Program-made: the position numbers and the translations under genes
Source of the DNA: Chiloscyllium plagiosum
Taxonomy: Eukaryota
Length of the DNA: 50,867 nt
Assembly (NCBI RefSeq): GCF_004010195.1
Contig: NC_057752.1
Coordinates: forward strand, 3,102,222-3,153,088
Direction: 5' to 3'
The notes under the pieces: generated by a model
Databases searched by the model: none
The model's input: the letters and a program-made list of their open reading frames with translations, nothing else
What the model was told of the DNA's origin: nothing
Shown here: positions 48,668 through 50,867 of the stretch, piece after piece
How the letters are laid out: every line of letters starts with the position of its first letter
Position numbering within the stretch: the stretch's first letter is position 1

Positions 48668-49361
48668 TGCCCATCAAGAACAGGTGAGCAACAACTGTGT
48701 GTTATTGAGACAGGGATGTTGAGAGAGAGAGAGAGAGAGAAAGAGAAAACAAAGAGAAAGAGAGAAAGAAAGAGAGAGAAAGCAAGAAAGAGAGAAACAG
48801 AAAAAGAGAGAGAAATAAATATACATGCACCAACGAACAAATAAATAAATAGATGGGCATGTGATGAGGTGGGTGGTATTAATGACACTGTCAGGAGGAG
48901 AGAGGGAGACATGGCAACCCAAGGCCCTTCCTGCTCTCTCAGCTGCACATCAGAATAGTGCCGCGGGGGGGTTTGACGGAGAGTCATTCTTGACCGCATC
49001 ACGAAGAACAAGCCATCTGCTCATTATTGCCTTGCTGTTTGTGGGACCGATTGACTGCTGCGTTGACTCCATTGCAAATATTCCGTTGGTTGCAAAGCAC
49101 CATGGGATACCCCGAGTCTACTTTCAAAGGAAGCACTTGCAAATCTCTTGACACTGTCACTGCACACTGCCAAGGGAGCACTCTTCCCTGTATCTGTCTG
49201 TTGGGCATGATTGAGGGCAATAAATCACTTCCTGAGTTCTCTCAACCTTTCTCACCCCTCCTAACACTCTATCCGAGTCCAAAGTTTGCAAGAATTGCTG
49301 AAACGTTGAAGAATTGCAATGGTGTAAGACATAAATTTGTGGACCTCATGTCCATGTGTGT

Positions 49362-50692
49362 ATGGCTCTTTACACATATACACACTCACACACACACTCT
49401 CTCATACAGACACATTTTCTCTCTCTATCACACACATTCTCTCACTCACACACACAGTCTCTCTCAAACGTACACTGTCTCTCACACACACATTCTTTCT
49501 GTCACATGCATGCACACACACACATACACTCTCTCTCTCACACACACATACACATAGACTCTCTCTCTATCACACACATACTCCAGAGCTCATCAGTCCA
49601 CTAACTCGCACCTTGTTCTCTAGCTAATTGATTTTCCAGCATCTTATCCACTCTGTTCTTCAGCTGCACACGATAAGGAACGCAGCACTAAAATTCCTGT
49701 CTCGGTTCCCTTCTTTCCCTCAAAGAGCTCCACTAATTGGGGCATGTTCCCCTCCTTTGTCTGAAGACTCGCCTGCAATTTCTCACAATTATCATTCCTT
49801 TTCAAACATTACAATTGAAGGTGATGAAACTGTGTCTTTTCACAATTCCCAATGGAAGTATGGGTGCTCAGTCATTCAGTCGATTCAAAATTGAGGTCAG
49901 GGCATCATTTGGATATCAGGAAAATCATGGCACATGGGGGTAAGGTGGGAAATGGGGTGGTGGTGGTAAATCATGCGATGTATGTTTTAACCCCCCTCCC
50001 TCATTCTTATCCTTTCTGAGAAAAGACAAGAACATCCAGCCTATCAAAACTAGTGCTCAGGGCTCAGTGGGACTTTGCTGCATTTTGAATAACAGCTGGG
50101 GTCTCCATTTCCCTAATAATCTAAACATTCGTCAATCTCTGTGGTGACAAAAGCCCAAGGCTGACTGATTTCTTGGTGGTCTCTGTGACCTCGGGTCTGC
50201 CTTCCCTGCTTTATTCCAATGGAAGCCTGCTCGATTCCTTTCATGATCAAAGTGTTCACCAGAAAGCCATCACACTAATCATTTCAAGCCAGCTTTCATT
50301 TTCTTATATTCTTAATAAAAATAACTCAATCTCCAGTTCCTTCACTTGAAGGAAAACCTCAAGGGCAAGGTGAATATTAATTGCAGCAGGCTTCCCTGTG
50401 TCTACCTTTTCAAAAACATTATTTCTTACGAGGTCCTAAAAATAATTTTAAGACAATCTTAAATAATTGAAGGAGCTTATGATATTTAATGGCTCTTTAC
50501 ACATATACACACATACACACTCTCACACACACACTCTCTCACACAGACACATTTTCTCTCTCTATCACACACATTCTCTCACTCACACACAGTCTCTCTC
50601 AAACGTACACTGTCTCTCACACACACGTTCTTTCTGTCACATGCATGCACATACACACATACACTCTCTCTCACACACACACATAGACTCTC
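49362..50692. repeat. ~200-bp CA/CT-rich direct repeats at 49362-49563 and 50489-50692
   Basis: Both start ATGGCTCTTTACACATATACAC and share TCTCAAACGTACACTGTC and TTCTGTCACATGCATGCAC. Confidence 0.9.
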
Positions 50693-50705
50693 ACTGGGGT
50701 AGTTC

Positions 50706-50736
<31 letters not shown>

Positions 50737-50817
50737 ACTCTCACTGGGATACGGGCTCTCACACACACACACACACTGGGATATGGGATCACACACACAC
50801 ACACACACGGATACGGG

Positions 50818-50860
<43 letters not shown>

Positions 50861-50867
50861 GGATACG
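50693..50867. repeat. Compound minisatellite: (CA)n spaced by CTGGGATACGGGCTC-like units; runs off the window end
   Basis: Directly visible. Confidence 0.9.

Noticed and set aside
50693..50867. Repeat-spacer pattern resembling a CRISPR array
   Set aside because: 'Spacers' are just (CA)n of variable length in eukaryotic DNA; no cas genes

Overview
Vertebrate, repeat-rich genomic DNA, almost certainly from a cartilaginous fish (shark), inferred from its repeat families: HE1/V-SINEs, HER1/CR1 LINE 3' ends and Deu-domain SINEs. Only one host coding segment is supportable: a 603-nt first coding exon of an acid-sensing ion channel on the minus strand (29774->29172, ATG to a phase-0 GTAAGT donor). 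It is a 'b-type' (ASIC1b-like) exon. No further ASIC exon was recognised, so the rest of the window is probably intronic or 5' flank. The remainder is a layered set of retroposons (CR1, HE1 SINE, DeuSINE, L2/CR1-group, Rex1, Tx1, Penelope-like, LTR-like), microsatellites, local duplications and a 701-N assembly gap. Signals most worth following: (i) at least 10 short Penelope-derived inserts from several families carrying hammerhead-ribozyme core motifs, several built as palindromes and most bounded by 12-15 bp target-site duplications; (ii) Tx1-type LINE insertions that repeatedly use a similar target (AWAARCCACATTKT); (iii) the ASIC exon's mix of ASIC1b and ASIC3 features; (iv) an ungapped 152-bp duplicated non-TE element upstream of the exon. 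All family assignments are by eye from remembered consensus features; no searches were run. Repeat boundaries are approximate unless a TSD is given.
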